Assembly (NCBI GenBank): GCA_051294375.1
Contig: CM119266.1
Span: 8,146,606-8,210,605 of the forward strand
Length of the DNA: 64,000 bases
Source of the DNA: Paraspadella gotoi
Lineage: Eukaryota > Animalia > Chaetognatha
Reading direction: 5' to 3'
How positions within the stretch are numbered: the first letter of the stretch is position 1; each line of letters starts with the position of its first letter. Of the stretch, positions 13,601 through 25,177 are shown piece after piece. The notes beneath the pieces are model-generated. The model was not told the origin of the DNA and did no database searches. It saw only the letters and a list, made by a program, of their open reading frames with translations. The position numbers and the translations under genes are program-made.

Positions 13601-13962
13601 TGGTTAAGTAGTCGTGATTGGCTGTATGCTTGGGCGGGGACCATAAGGTGGTTAAGTAGTCGTGATTGGCTGTATGCTTGGGCGGGGACCATAAGGTGGT
13701 TAAGTAGTCGTGATTGGCTGTACTGTGCGGCGGACTGTTAAGAAATTGTTACCACCAATTTAAAATTATCCAATTTTATTCATTCATTCAATCCATTGCA
13801 TTCAATAAAAAGCTATCTCGTCCCTTGCGCGATTCCCTCCCCGTTTCCCAATTTTTCAGGTCTAAACTGAACAAAAAAGGCGCCGGTGCCACCAAATCCG
13901 CGCCGACGTCAACGGCGACGACGCCGAGCGCGCCGGCGGCTCCGATGGTGGCGCCGGCCTGA
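586..13962 (+). CDS. unc-104: Kinesin-3 motor KIF1A/KIF1B/unc-104, 3' portion (coiled coil, FHA, stalk, PH domain); motor-domain exons lie upstream of the window
   Basis: Exons read by eye: 586-859, 2929-3101, 3575-3739, 4033-~4069 (continuation lies in inverted block 4070-5363), 5442-5600, 5875-6177, 6520-6851, 7214-7384, 7789-8181, 9363-9546, 9875-10024, 10340-10497, 10896-11103, 11503-11784, 12121-12424, 12769-12976, 13218-13408, 13860-13962. KIF1-typical peptides: [58 protein letters not shown] (FHA), [67 protein letters not shown] (PH end). One apparent frameshift in the poly-C runs near 12172-12188. Confidence 0.96.
4070..5363 (-). other. Inverted, indel-rich copy of three missing KIF1 exon segments next to a 25-N gap (probable mis-oriented gap fill)
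   Basis: The reverse complement contains garbled EMEER.. (~5362-5285), [16 protein letters not shown] (~4790-4690) and [12 protein letters not shown]..(LWGNA-like) (~4260-4150), which are the KIF1 segments missing on the + strand. The reverse complement of 4070-4106 resembles 5389-5416. Confidence 0.85.
10570..10843 (+). mobile_element. ~280-bp interspersed repeat (MITE-like), copy 1
   Basis: Closely similar to 22906-23205 (TAAGACTTCC..GGGAGTTTAGCGTCTTTATTATAAAAATTGC ... TAAGACAC..TAAAGACTACCC); imperfect terminal inverted repeats. Confidence 0.8.
13393..13722 (+). repeat. 48-bp minisatellite, ~7 copies, overlapping the KIF1 PH exon splice donor
   Basis: Unit GGGCGGGGACCATAAGGTGGTTAAGTAGTCGTGATTGGMTGTATGCTT; the first unit is 47 nt and degenerate. 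Confidence 0.95.
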
Positions 13963-14292
13963 CTAGCGGCGCCCAGTTTCGAGGAGGCGATCGACGCCGT
14001 CGGCGCTAAATTGCGGCGCCAGTTGTCGGTTTGCAAGGAGATCATGGGGTTGGGCGGCGGCGTCGGCGGCGGCGGTAGCAAAGACGCCAACCCTGGCGCA
14101 GGCGTCGGCAGCGGCGTCGAATGCTCTTCCGGCGCCGAGAATTTCGACGTCGGAAGCGGAGTCAAAGACGACGACGCTCACAATTGCGATGAAGACGTTG
14201 ATGACGATGCCGACCATAAAGCCGACAACGGAGCTAACTGCGGAGCCGACGACAAAGCCGACAAGCCGACGTCGATCACAACTCATTATTAA
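13963..14292 (+). CDS. Putative stop-codon readthrough extension of KIF1/unc-104 (109 aa)
   Basis: TGA 13960-13962 is followed by CTAG. The frame stays open for 109 codons (LAAPSFEEAIDAVGAKLRRQLSVCKEIMG...KPTSITTHY) to TAA 14290-14292. GC-rich coding-like composition persists to that TAA, then switches abruptly to AT-rich UTR-like sequence. Confidence 0.7.
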   Translation, partial: LAAPSFEEAIDAVGAKLRRQLSVCKEIMGLGGGVGGGGSKDANPGAGVGSGVECSSGAENFDVGSGVKDDDAHNCDEDVDDDADHKADNGANCGADDKADKPTSITTHY

Positions 14293-17200
14293 TTTATTAT
14301 TCTGATTCTTCAAATTCGTCGCGTTTACTTGGATTCCCACTTTTCGCTTTAAAAAAACAAAAAACAAAAAAAACAAAACAAAATGAAGAAAAACAAAAAT
14401 CCAAAACAAATGAAAACCAAAAAGAAAAAAAAAACCACCAAAGAAAACACTTTGTTTTCCGTCTCTCGCTAATTTGGTTTCTAAGATCGGAAACAAAACG
14501 ATGTTCGTCAATTACCAAAAATATTTAAAAAAAAAAATTTGCTATCTAGTCTCCTCATCTAAATTTAATTAATTGGTGTTCTTGAATTCTATGAAATAAA
14601 AAACGGCGATCCTCCATTTATTGACAAAGGAAAATCTTTCCCTTTTTGTTTTAAACAATTTCGGTGATAAAATCAACTTGTTGTGAGCTTTTCGTTTGCT
14701 TTTCAATCGGCTATTTGTATTCTTGCTGCAATCCCTGTATCTCATATTGCAAATAAGTCGTTTTTAGATCTGTCTTCCCTTGAATAACGGGAAAAATATT
14801 AGATGGTAAAGCCACTGCTGATTCCTATATCATAAAAAAATTGCGTTTGCTTAAATATTATTTTTTTTTTAAACGGAAGATAAAACCGAATGTTTGGTAC
14901 TATTTTAAGTACGACAAGGATTTTTTTATGTACAACTGTAGTTTATCACTTATTTTTTACTTTAATAGAACAAAAGTAAAACGTAGTAATCGGCGTTTTC
15001 AGCCGTGAGAAATGGAACGCAGAGCGTTTCTTGTTATTGTTCATTAATTGAATGTAGGGATTGATTCAGATATAAAATAATGAATAAAACAAAAAAAATA
15101 TTTTTCAAAACGTACGCTTACAGTTTCCATATAAACGTTTAATGATGCCGCTATTTGGTATGATTATAGTTATCATTTTCTTAGAAATACAAGCTTTAAT
15201 TATTGTAATTGCGTGAGCCATTCTTTTTGTCATCTTTCTTTAATTTTTTTTCTCCATTTTTTAGCTATTTTTTTAATTTATAGTTTTTTCTTTTTCTAGT
15301 CTTTACTTTAATATCTTTTTTCATCCTTTTTTTCCAATAAATTACAATTGAATAAATATTTCACTCATTTACATCTTTATTTTTTATTCAGTTCATACTT
15401 TATTTAATTACTCCTCTTATTGTAACTCTTCTTCACACTTTGCTCCATCGCCGACGTCAGATCGCAATTATTTCTTTTCTCCTCGAAACTGAAATCATAT
15501 TCGAGATTAAAACCCGTCGCATATGATTAATTCATTACTATATATTTAATTGATTATTAAATACCAAATATCACGCCCGTATATATATACATAAATATAT
15601 ACTTTGAAACATTTGCGCTTCGCTTTTCAGTTGGCGAAGATATGGTTTTAAACTGACAATCAAATTGTCTACCGTATAAAAAAAAAATTCGAGTATAAAT
15701 ATTGATATAAATCTGTCATTATTTTCGCGCAATGTGCGGGCACCTTGCTTCTTGTGTCAGTATCATTGTTGCTCACGTAAGCGATTAATATATTTTACAA
15801 ATAATGATTGCTTCGCCTTAACGAAAAAAAACAAGTTTTTCTTTCATACTAGATGTGATTGGATTTCAGAACAGAACACCAAATTAAAAAAAAAACGAAC
15901 AAAAAGAAAAACAAAAAAAAAAAAACAGCATTCAATAGCAAATTGTGTTCGCCATTCTTAGGATGTATTTGTGTGATCATGCTTGCTTTTTATAAAAATT
16001 GATATCTCGTCTGCTTTATCGTTCTGAAGTTATAATTTTTTAAACAAAATTAGACAAGTGGGATATGAAACATTTAACAGACATTAGTTGGAATCTTTTA
16101 TTAGTTCATAATGTAGTTGATAGGACTTGACAATAACATCCTGTAACTAGTCGAACTTAGTACGGGTGCTTCTCATTAACAAATTGTGTGCTAAGTTCCT
16201 ACTGATTATATGCAAATTATTCTATTTGTTTTTTTTTCCTTGTACCGCGTTAGGTTAAACTAAGAAGTTTATTAATTTTGAGGAGAATTATAATTTAAAT
16301 ATTCAAAATGCTTAATTTAAGACGTACCAATGACTTCTCTGAATTATTTAAGATGCTAACGAAAAACGTAAATTTGACGACATACGATCAAAATAGATAT
16401 TTAAATACGTAATCTTTATGGAGTGATAAAGGTATTTTTATCTGAAAATGTAGGAAAAAAATTAGAATTGCAAAATGCCATACTAGATGATATGATTCGA
16501 GACTTTTTGCATTGATTTGCATTTTAATTATAGGTTTTGAAGTTTCAATCGTGGATTATGTTTTTTTTTCTTTACAAATTTTAGCTTTGTTGAGTTTAAT
16601 AGTGATGATTGAAAACATATTTCTATTTTACATAATTTTTACACAACTTTACAAACGACATGATTGAAGCAAATATTTGTAAACTTTCATCTCCCTTTTC
16701 AGTTAACTTGATTCTTATTTATTTGTCCAAAAATGTATTTTTGCTTGTGACTTTATTCCATGTGGTGATCAAAAATTAAATACACGTTTCTTTCTCTCGC
16801 AACCATTGTAATATTTATTCCTAATATATGCGATTTTATTCGAATACAACAAGGTTGATTTAGTAAAATCATCATCAACAAACACAGACTAAGTCTGAGC
16901 AAACGAAAACGTAATAAAATGGTGAAATTAATACTAAACAATTAAAAATAGTTTCTAAAAAACAGTATTTTTCATTGCATAAATCTTTGCGATGAAGGTT
17001 TTCCTACGAATATTAGAAATTGTAGATATGTCTTGATATCCTTGGAAACATTCTTTCCCATCTATTATATCCAAAGATCTTTCGGATACCCTCATTAACA
17101 AGCACATTAACCCTCATACTCATTAACCCTCATACTCATTAACCCTCATACCCTCATTAACAGGCACATTAAGTCTGTTCATGGTACGTACGGAAAAAGT

Positions 17201-17629
17201 AAAAAAAAAAACAGTACTAGGCAAGTTTAGAAATAAGGGAAAGGGCCATTCAGATCCAATATTCTAAACATAAAGCTGTTGAATTTTGATAAGAAAATAG
17301 ACAATTTAACTAATACATAGTAGAAATGTGTTTCCAAATCGAAATAATTTAGCTATGTATCTTGTAACAGGGCTGGACGCCTCAATCGTCTGTCCAAAGT
17401 CACGGGCAAGACACCCGTTTATTGAATGAATGAATAATTTTTATATTGGTCGTACCAATTTTTACCATACCAATTACATATTCTTTAGTGCCATAAAGTT
17501 CCAGAAAATCCTAAAGGTGAAAAGTCTCCAAGACGCCCTGCGCAATAAGGCGTAGTGAAAGTTGCAGATAAAAATTCGAATAGTCATGAACACTGTTCAT
17601 TGAACAGTCTTGTACTAACGAACAATGAT

Positions 17630-18145
17630 AAATAAACATTTTTTTTTAAATTTCTCAATTTTCGCATACGCCCATATTTATACATAGTAATTACCATAGA
17701 AAATGTCAAAATTTTAAAATAGTTTTTTTTAGTTTTGATTCTTCATAAAAAGTTGATAAAAGAAAATATAAATCTTAATCAAAAATTCTTTCATTAAGTT
17801 AATTAAAAATTTAAAAAACTATATTTTTTATACTAAATTATAATATATAAAATTAAATTAGAGGTTAACTATAACAGTTTTTTAGGATTTTGACCCAATT
17901 AATGAAATAATTTTCTAAAAAGAGTTATATTTCTTAGATTGTTAAGTGTCATCTCATTATATATTATATATTATTATATATTATATTTCTTTCTATCAAC
18001 TTTTCGTGAGGAATTCGAATCTGCTTTTAAAATTAAGAAAAAACCATTTTAAAATTTTGACATTGTCTATGGTGAGTACTATGTATATTGTATAAATATG
18101 GGCCTAAGCGAAAGTTGAAAAATAAAAATAAATTTTTTTTATTTA
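17630..18145. mobile_element. Foldback/MITE-like element with long imperfect inverted arms
   Basis: ACCATAGAAAATGTCAAAATTTTAAAAT (~17694) is inverted relative to ATTTTAAAATTTTGACATTGTCTATGGT (~18046); AAAAGTTGATAAAAGAAAATATAA is inverted relative to TTATATTTCTTTCTATCAACTTTT. Related sequence occurs at ~53780-54040. Confidence 0.7.
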
Positions 18146-18201
18146 AAAATGTTCTACTTGACTTTAATATTTTTGCTACGCTTTACTGCACAATAACTCT
18201 T

Positions 18202-21200
18202 TCATCGCTCTTGGGTATCAAAGCAGAGAAACACAGGCCCCTCCTTTGACCTACAAATAAACCAGGTCCTAACGCGATCGTTTCTATTTACAACAACGGG
18301 ATTGGGACTAACCCATCGAATTTCATCGCTCAAAAGCGGTTCACTTCTCCAAGAGTTTTTTTCTAGGTCGTATGATGTAACTTATTTTGAGAGAGGAGAC
18401 AAGAGCAATCTCCGTATGAAAGTTTCTGGCTCAACCTTACCGCCCACAACTAGAATTTTAGTTAACGAAATTGGGGTAAGACGATGATTAGCTGTAGGAC
18501 TCATTACTCCCGAGTTGTTCAACTCGCTCCAAACTAGAGTGTCCATGTTCAAGAGGAAAAAGTCGCTCAAATTTTTTTTATGATAAGGAACCCGCCGTGA
18601 ATGAATACCTTTTCCCGCAACCGCGCGACGCCGAAATCGCGCCGAGGTGACGGGGGCTTTCCGGCCGTTTGAGGAACCGAGAACTCATTCGTCCGAGGAT
18701 CGTATTTAACAAGCTGATTGGTCAAACCGTTAATCCGATCACCGCCATTAGGAAAATTTCCTCGATTCTAATTGGGATCCACGTCCTCCCAAATAATAAA
18801 CGCTGCCTTCAAATTCCCAACCTCCATGACCTGTTCTGGGCGAAGGGACCTTATTACATGGATAGATTTTTTCAAATTTTCCTGTCGAATCAAAAGTGAA
18901 CATTTGATTGGTGAAAGTCTTGGCTGTTTCTCCCCCAAAAAGATAGACAACATCTGTCGTTGCGACAGCCGAAGCATTTCTCGTTGGAGGTGGAATGTTA
19001 TTCCAAGCTTTGATTTTGTTGCAGGACATGTCTTCTGGGTCCAATACAAATAGATCAGGGGGATGGAAATAAAACGACAACTGTCGCTTTCCCCCCCACA
19101 GGTGAATCTTTCCATTAAAGTAAATTATAACATATCCAATTGCGTCCTTAAAATGGTCTTTCAAAATGGACGGCATTTCGATCTGTTCCACAGGAAGAGG
19201 ATTAGGAAGCGGTGGAGAAGAAGCGCCTAGAAATAATATAAAATATGCTTAAAGTTGTATACAATTTTTGACAAACAGCTCTTAATGTTATAGCAATTTT
19301 GAAATTGCCATACAGAAAATAGCGTTTATAATATGATCTAATAAAAATATTTTTGGGTATAGATTTTAGAATGTGATATATGTTTCAGACATCTTCCAAT
19401 ATTTAAGCTATTCTGGATTCATTTTAAATATCTTTTTTATTCATAAATTACCTTTAACAAGCGGATCGGTGGCTTTCATGAGAAAAAAAGAGGATTCAAC
19501 CGTTGCATGACAAATATCTGATATCATGATAAATATTATCTCATCAGTATGGTAAAAAACCTTGGATATATAGCATGATTGTTTGAATGGCCAATGAATC
19601 TGCGGCAACGAATTTTCTTCGTTGACTGCTTGACGTTCCAACTTCTTAGAAAGACCAGGTGGTAAATTACAATCTGTACAAGGACTGCGAGAGATATGAG
19701 AGTTCCAACAGCGGCTCAGTTTCCTTTCAAGTAATTGAAAATTATCACAAGGAAACGTTTTCTTAGCGATTAATACAACATAATTTACTATTTCAGAGGC
19801 TTGTTCTTTAAAATCGGGTATGATCATTTGAATTTCTCGCATATCTGCAATTATTTGAGCACAATTCCAATTGGTAAATGTCGCTGCGGATTCAAAAATG
19901 TAGTAGATATATTCTTGAATTTGTGGACTAAAATTTATTGATAAAAATACACCTTCAGCATAGAGAGTTGTAGCGCATCTTAAGACATCCATGTGTCGTT
20001 TACTAATTCCTTTCGGAATGGATGTTCTTGGTATTTCTTTGGTGTTCACCACTAAAAAGATTCCAATAAGAAGATCTTCTAATTTTGAATCAATTGCAGC
20101 AAAGGTTGAGCGAGATAGTGTGACTTCTTTTACAAAGGTTCGTCGAAAAATGATCAGACGTGTTAAGCAACTGAGTTAATCCCTTATTAAAGATTCTTGC
20201 GTCTTCATAAAAGATTCTTCTGTTAATTTCGTTACTTCAGAGTCACCAACTTCAAAATGTTTCAAAAATAAATTACCTAGAACAAAGAGAAATTGCATGT
20301 TTTCTGTCAAAATACTAAGAGTGCTTGTTCCGTAAATCTCATCATGTTTTTGGCGATTCGAATCCCTGCACAATTCAAACTTTATACTCATCGCTAAAAT
20401 ATCTAGATAGATTTCATAATCTTTTTTGTCGGGATTAAGGCCAACAATCGCGCAGATCATGACCAAGAATGCCGGAAGTTCAGTCAGATTTGAAAATGAA
20501 ACGCTACTTTCGATTTTATCTCTTATATTTTCACGATTCATTTCTGATTTATCACAGAATTGAAAGAAATTCACATATTTAAGACGTTGCTCATTTGTCA
20601 ATGGCTCGATGGCCAACTCGGTCACGTCATCTGCGACTTTTTTAACCATATCTCCCCCTTCTGGTCGCGTCAAAAACAAAAAGCTGCTTCCCGCAAACTC
20701 TCGATTGACTGATCTTCTCAAAAAGATTTGGAGTGAAGATTCTGAGAGACAATTATCCAAACCGTCGAATATCCAAAGTATCAATGACGGATTTTGGGTG
20801 AGCAACTCTTTCAGCTCACGGTATTCTTTGAAAAATGTTTCCTGAATCAACAAATTATCATACAGATTTTCTTCACACTTTATAAGTTTCATATCTAAAC
20901 GAACTATGAAAGAAAACTCAGCTAACGATTCTTCATTTGCCCACTTGAACATTATATTTTGAGCCAAAAGAGTTTTACCGCTACCTCCATGAGCGGATAT
21001 CATTATATTGTTGTTTGTCGATTTGGCTAACTCAGTCATCAAGTCATGGAAATACAATTTACTTTCAGGATGATTAGTGGCTGTATCCGACGAGGGAGCG
21101 GTCAATGAATCAGTGGCAGCTGTTGGATCTTGGCCATGTTCTTGCTTTTTGAATGCAACGTCGATGTAGCTACCTTTCAAGAAGATTTCTTTTTCGCTTC

Positions 21201-21833
21201 CCACAGCTGAATAAGTTTTTGTCTGTAACTTAATTTCTTTTTTGTAGCTGTTAGAGATTTGCTTGATGGTTTTTAACTGGTCCTCCTTGAAGATCAACTC
21301 TTTGACATCCGCCCTACATCTTTCCTCAACTTCCTCGACGTTGACCAACACTTCCTTTTTCAGTTGCGCAGATGCGCAGATGCGAAAATTCGTCTTCTTC
21401 GAACAAATTTTTGAATGATCACTCCGAAAATGTTCACAAACTCAAATTCGTCCATTTCGCGACTGGGCATGTGCGCGAACTCGTTGCGTTTCTCCACTAA
21501 AGTGTTCACGAGTCCCATTTTTTTGGCCTTTGATTTCAGAATTTGTTTGAGGACGTGATGGAAGAAGGTGACATCCGCCGAGTCGAGATCGGGAATTTCT
21601 TTCCCTTCAAAGTCGATCTTTTTCTGTTTGTCGTAAAATTTTAATTTCTTGACGAATTTCTCGTTTTTGAGACACCATTCTTTCCAAAGCTTTCCGTCGT
21701 TCCATGGTTCTTCTTCACTAGGCAGTTCGACGGAGACTAAATCCTTTAGCATCTCGGGACTCAATTCCCAGAGAGCTTCGTACAGCTTCAATCGAAAGGT
21801 CATTCCGTTGGGGACTGGAATGATGTCGGACAT
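18202..21833 (-). pseudogene. Disrupted HEPN(DZIP3-like)-NACHT NTPase-Kelch repeat gene (NLR-like)
   Basis: Exon 1 21833(ATG)-19452 contains the HEPN-like segment DVTFFHHVL..LVEKRNEFAH (Rx4H), Walker A IMISAHGGSGKT, Walker B LWIFDGLD, FLFLTRP and LPAFLVMIC. The GT-AG intron 19451-19227 joins it in frame to exon 2, 19226-18202, which has five Kelch GG motifs (HLWGG, YLFGG, YYLGG, FIHGG, LVVGG) and PSPR motifs. Lesions: 8-bp duplication at ~21366-21384, TAA at 20178-20176, frameshifts at ~18770 and ~18575, TAA at 18384-18382. Confidence 0.85.
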
Positions 21834-22031
21834 TGTTTGTTTCAAAATGAAAAGACAAGAGAAGCGAGAAATCCTGGTGGTGAGAATAGCAGTACGAATA
21901 CTGATATCAATAACAATAACAATAACAGCGATTTATTGTAAATATTTCCTCCAAAATACAACCTGAGAACCATTAAAAAAGGTATTTTGAAAAATTAAGA
22001 AACAACCACTTAGAGTAATTACTAATCATAC

Positions 22032-22229
22032 TTATTTTTTGAAAAATTTTCATAATGGGATTTACTGTGCTAAGAGCGAAAAAAAATTTTTGGACAGATA
22101 TTTCGACATATATTTTCTATGTTATCATCAGTGGAAAAGATGGGGGGGCAACCCATTTTGGGTTCTTTCTTTTCTCTTTACTTTTAGTGGTTATTATTTT
22201 TGCTCTTTGTTTTATTTGACCTCTCTCTC

Positions 22230-22273
<44 letters not shown>

Positions 22274-22421
22274 ATTCATCCCTCAATTTGTGAATTGTTA
22301 TTTATAAAACTGTTTTTCTCTGTTATTTATTTTTCAGTGATGATGATATAAAAAATATATTTCGACATATTTTTTTTTCTTAGCACAGTAAATCCCATTA
22401 TAAAAATTTTTCAAAAAATAA
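22032..22421. mobile_element. MITE with ~44-bp terminal inverted repeats
   Basis: 22032-22075 TTATTTTTTGAAAAATTTTCATAATGGGATTTACTGTGCTAAGA matches the reverse complement of 22378-22421 with one mismatch. Confidence 0.8.
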
Positions 22422-22905
22422 TTATACTCCCAGTGCTTGTGATGACGTTTAAAGAACTAATCACACTTACCTAGCAGGATTCACTTCACGTAAGGTTTTT
22501 GTAACAAAATTGCTACATTTTTGGCATCTTTTCCTTACAATAACTAAAAGGCGGAACAACCGCAAAATTATTTACAATATTTCTTATTAACCAAATACTA
22601 AACCGAAAAGTTTGTAACTTATCTTATATGTAGTTTTGTCCAAAAAAAAGTCCAACGTCATCGTGATCACGAGGTAAAAAAAATTGCGAAATAATAACGA
22701 AAAAAAGGGGATTTTCGCTTTTCACTCGTGAACCTATTTTCCCCTGATCTATTAATTGTCAACAGAGACCTCTACCGTCGAGCTTCTTTGCGAGAAGGTT
22801 TCGCGATCTCAGGATTTTATAAAGTTTAAAACATGAAAATGAAGAGCTAGGTTTACTTATTATTAACTATCGCTTAGAGGCACCAACCAGTAGCACAATG
22901 AGTAT

Positions 22906-23205
22906 TAAGACTTCCTCTGGGAGTTTAGCGTCTTTATTATAAAAATTGCAAACATTTTGATTTGTTGTAGGGAGAGGCAACTGTTATTTTTGTCTTTAAA
23001 ATGATTTTCATTTTATATTATTATTGCTTAAAATAATTCTAATTATATAAGGAACTGTCATCATGTTTGAACGTCAAATGTAGTAACAATTTTTCCACGC
23101 TAAAATTATTTTTTATTTTACATAATTATTTACATTGTACAATCTAATACTTATTTGTTTTACTACATGTTTTCATAAATCTTTAAGACACTTTAAAGAC
23201 TACCC
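22906..23205 (+). mobile_element. ~300-bp interspersed repeat (MITE-like), copy 2
   Basis: Direct homologue of 10570-10843. Confidence 0.8.
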
Positions 23206-23223
23206 AGACTACTAAGCATTGAG

Positions 23224-23808
23224 TAATAGGGCGGAATAAAGTAAAAACTAAGAGTTCTGTAATATAAATAACGTTAGAGCATCCCTGTGGGATGACGAAA
23301 TTTAAAAAAAAATTTAGATTTTATATATAGTTAATAACATAGAAGCATTTAAAGTTTATCGTATTACTATAAATCATGAAATTTTTCTTTTCAAAATCAG
23401 AATTTTTAAAAACGGATTCGGGTAGAGATTGAAAAAATAAATAAAAAATATGACTACAAGACTTCCAAATTTTTTGGTTTTATTGCTTAAAATTAGCAAA
23501 AACTATAAAAATTATGGTACGACAATGATGATGATGATTTTAAAGAGTTTTTCCATTATTTGACCCACTTATCTTCAAAATATTGAAAAACGCATTATAC
23601 TTTGTTCAGACAACTTTTCATGGGCTATCTGAATCCGTTCTTAAAAAATAAAAATACATTGATAAATATTTAAATGCTTTAAGGTTACACTGTGCTTCAC
23701 TAGTTAAAAAAGTGATATTAAATATTGATTAAGTATATGATGGACAAATGAGTTTTATATTACAGAACTCTTAATATAAAAAGTGATCAATTTTGGCCCG
23801 CCTTATTG
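23224..23808. mobile_element. MITE-like element with imperfect inverted termini
   Basis: AATAGGGCGG..TAAGAGTTCTGTAATATA at the left end versus TATATTACAGAACTCTTA..CCGCCTTATT at the right end. Confidence 0.6.
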
Positions 23809-24649
23809 AGTAAGTATTGAGTAAGCAAGACGCGATAATTATGTGTTGCGCCGCATTATCTTTCACGTGGTCGCATCCCGTAGTGATCACGCAACGACAA
23901 AGTATGAAACAAGGAGTTCATGCTACCAATAACACATCTATCTTCCAAGTATTAATGAAAATGACGCGAGTTATTTGCCATTAAGTGTAATAAGGGGAAC
24001 AAACAGACAAACTAACCAAGCGACAGACCGACACCAAGGTGTCTTATAAGATTGCTTCGCGTGTATTAAAAACTCTCCAAAGCTCCACCTGGGAATCCGA
24101 GATCCCGGGCTCACGAATCAGTTCCCCTGCCTCATATGCTTATCCACCACAAAGAATGGTTTTTGCTCAAGTTATGGCTATTTAGTCCTGAGGTCGACAA
24201 TGGGATGGCGGAAATGATGATCTAATTCAGTGCTATCAGACTTATTAAATTTCGAGACATAAACGAACGCTTCCTCTTATCCGTAAACTTCCCTGCAATA
24301 GTCGGCGGCGACTTGCGGCCCCGGAAATCAACAGCTTATAACGATTGTTGCTATCGAAAAAAAAAGGCTTAGAATATTTAAAAAACAAATTAACCTAAAT
24401 TCGATGATTCCTTTCCAAGCAACGTTAAAATATAATGCCATCAGCCCTTGATAAAAAATCTACTAACAAAAACTAAAACTAAAATTCGCGAACTCGTGCA
24501 ATGGGATGCGAACAAATGCCTACAAATGCGAAAAGGATGCAAACTGCTCGTCCGATGCTCTTTTGTCGAAGTCAAATTGATCTCTTTCCTCATTAGTGGG
24601 AAGTCGTCAGACCGACCAATCAGAGCACAGTACTCGGCCTTCGTCACTG

Positions 24650-24686
<37 letters not shown>

Positions 24687-24840
24687 GTGCGTCGTCGTCA
24701 TCATCAGTGTCTCTCTCCTGGTCATCCTATCGTCTCTCTCTCTCTGAACTTGTCGTAGACGTCTGAACGTCTGAAGAAGATCCACTTTCGTCTCTTCCCA
24801 CTCACGTACTCTTCTCTCTCTCTCATCGTCCCTCTGTCTC

Positions 24841-24884
<44 letters not shown>

Positions 24885-25095
24885 TTTCTGTCTCTCTCCT
24901 TCTCTCTTCTTCCTCTCTCTTTTTCTCATTTGCTCGCCTCTAATCCGGCTCGCCTTCGTTGTCTTGATCTGTCATTTCTATCGCTCTCTCATTTCTCGCT
25001 CTCATGGGCCTTTCTCTCTCTAATTCGCCTCTCTATCTTTTCTCGCATTCCTCTTCCGCGTTTTCAACAATCCTTCTCTCTCTCCTCTCTCTCTC

Positions 25096-25177
<82 letters not shown>

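Noticed and set aside
13960-13962. TGA as a selenocysteine codon
   Set aside because: I saw no convincing SECIS by eye, kinesins are not known selenoproteins, and the CUAG context fits ordinary readthrough better. A SECISearch run on the 3' UTR would settle it.
18382-20178. In-frame TAA codons as evidence of a variant genetic code or readthrough
   Set aside because: The same gene also has frameshifts, and the neighbouring genes show no internal TAA codons.
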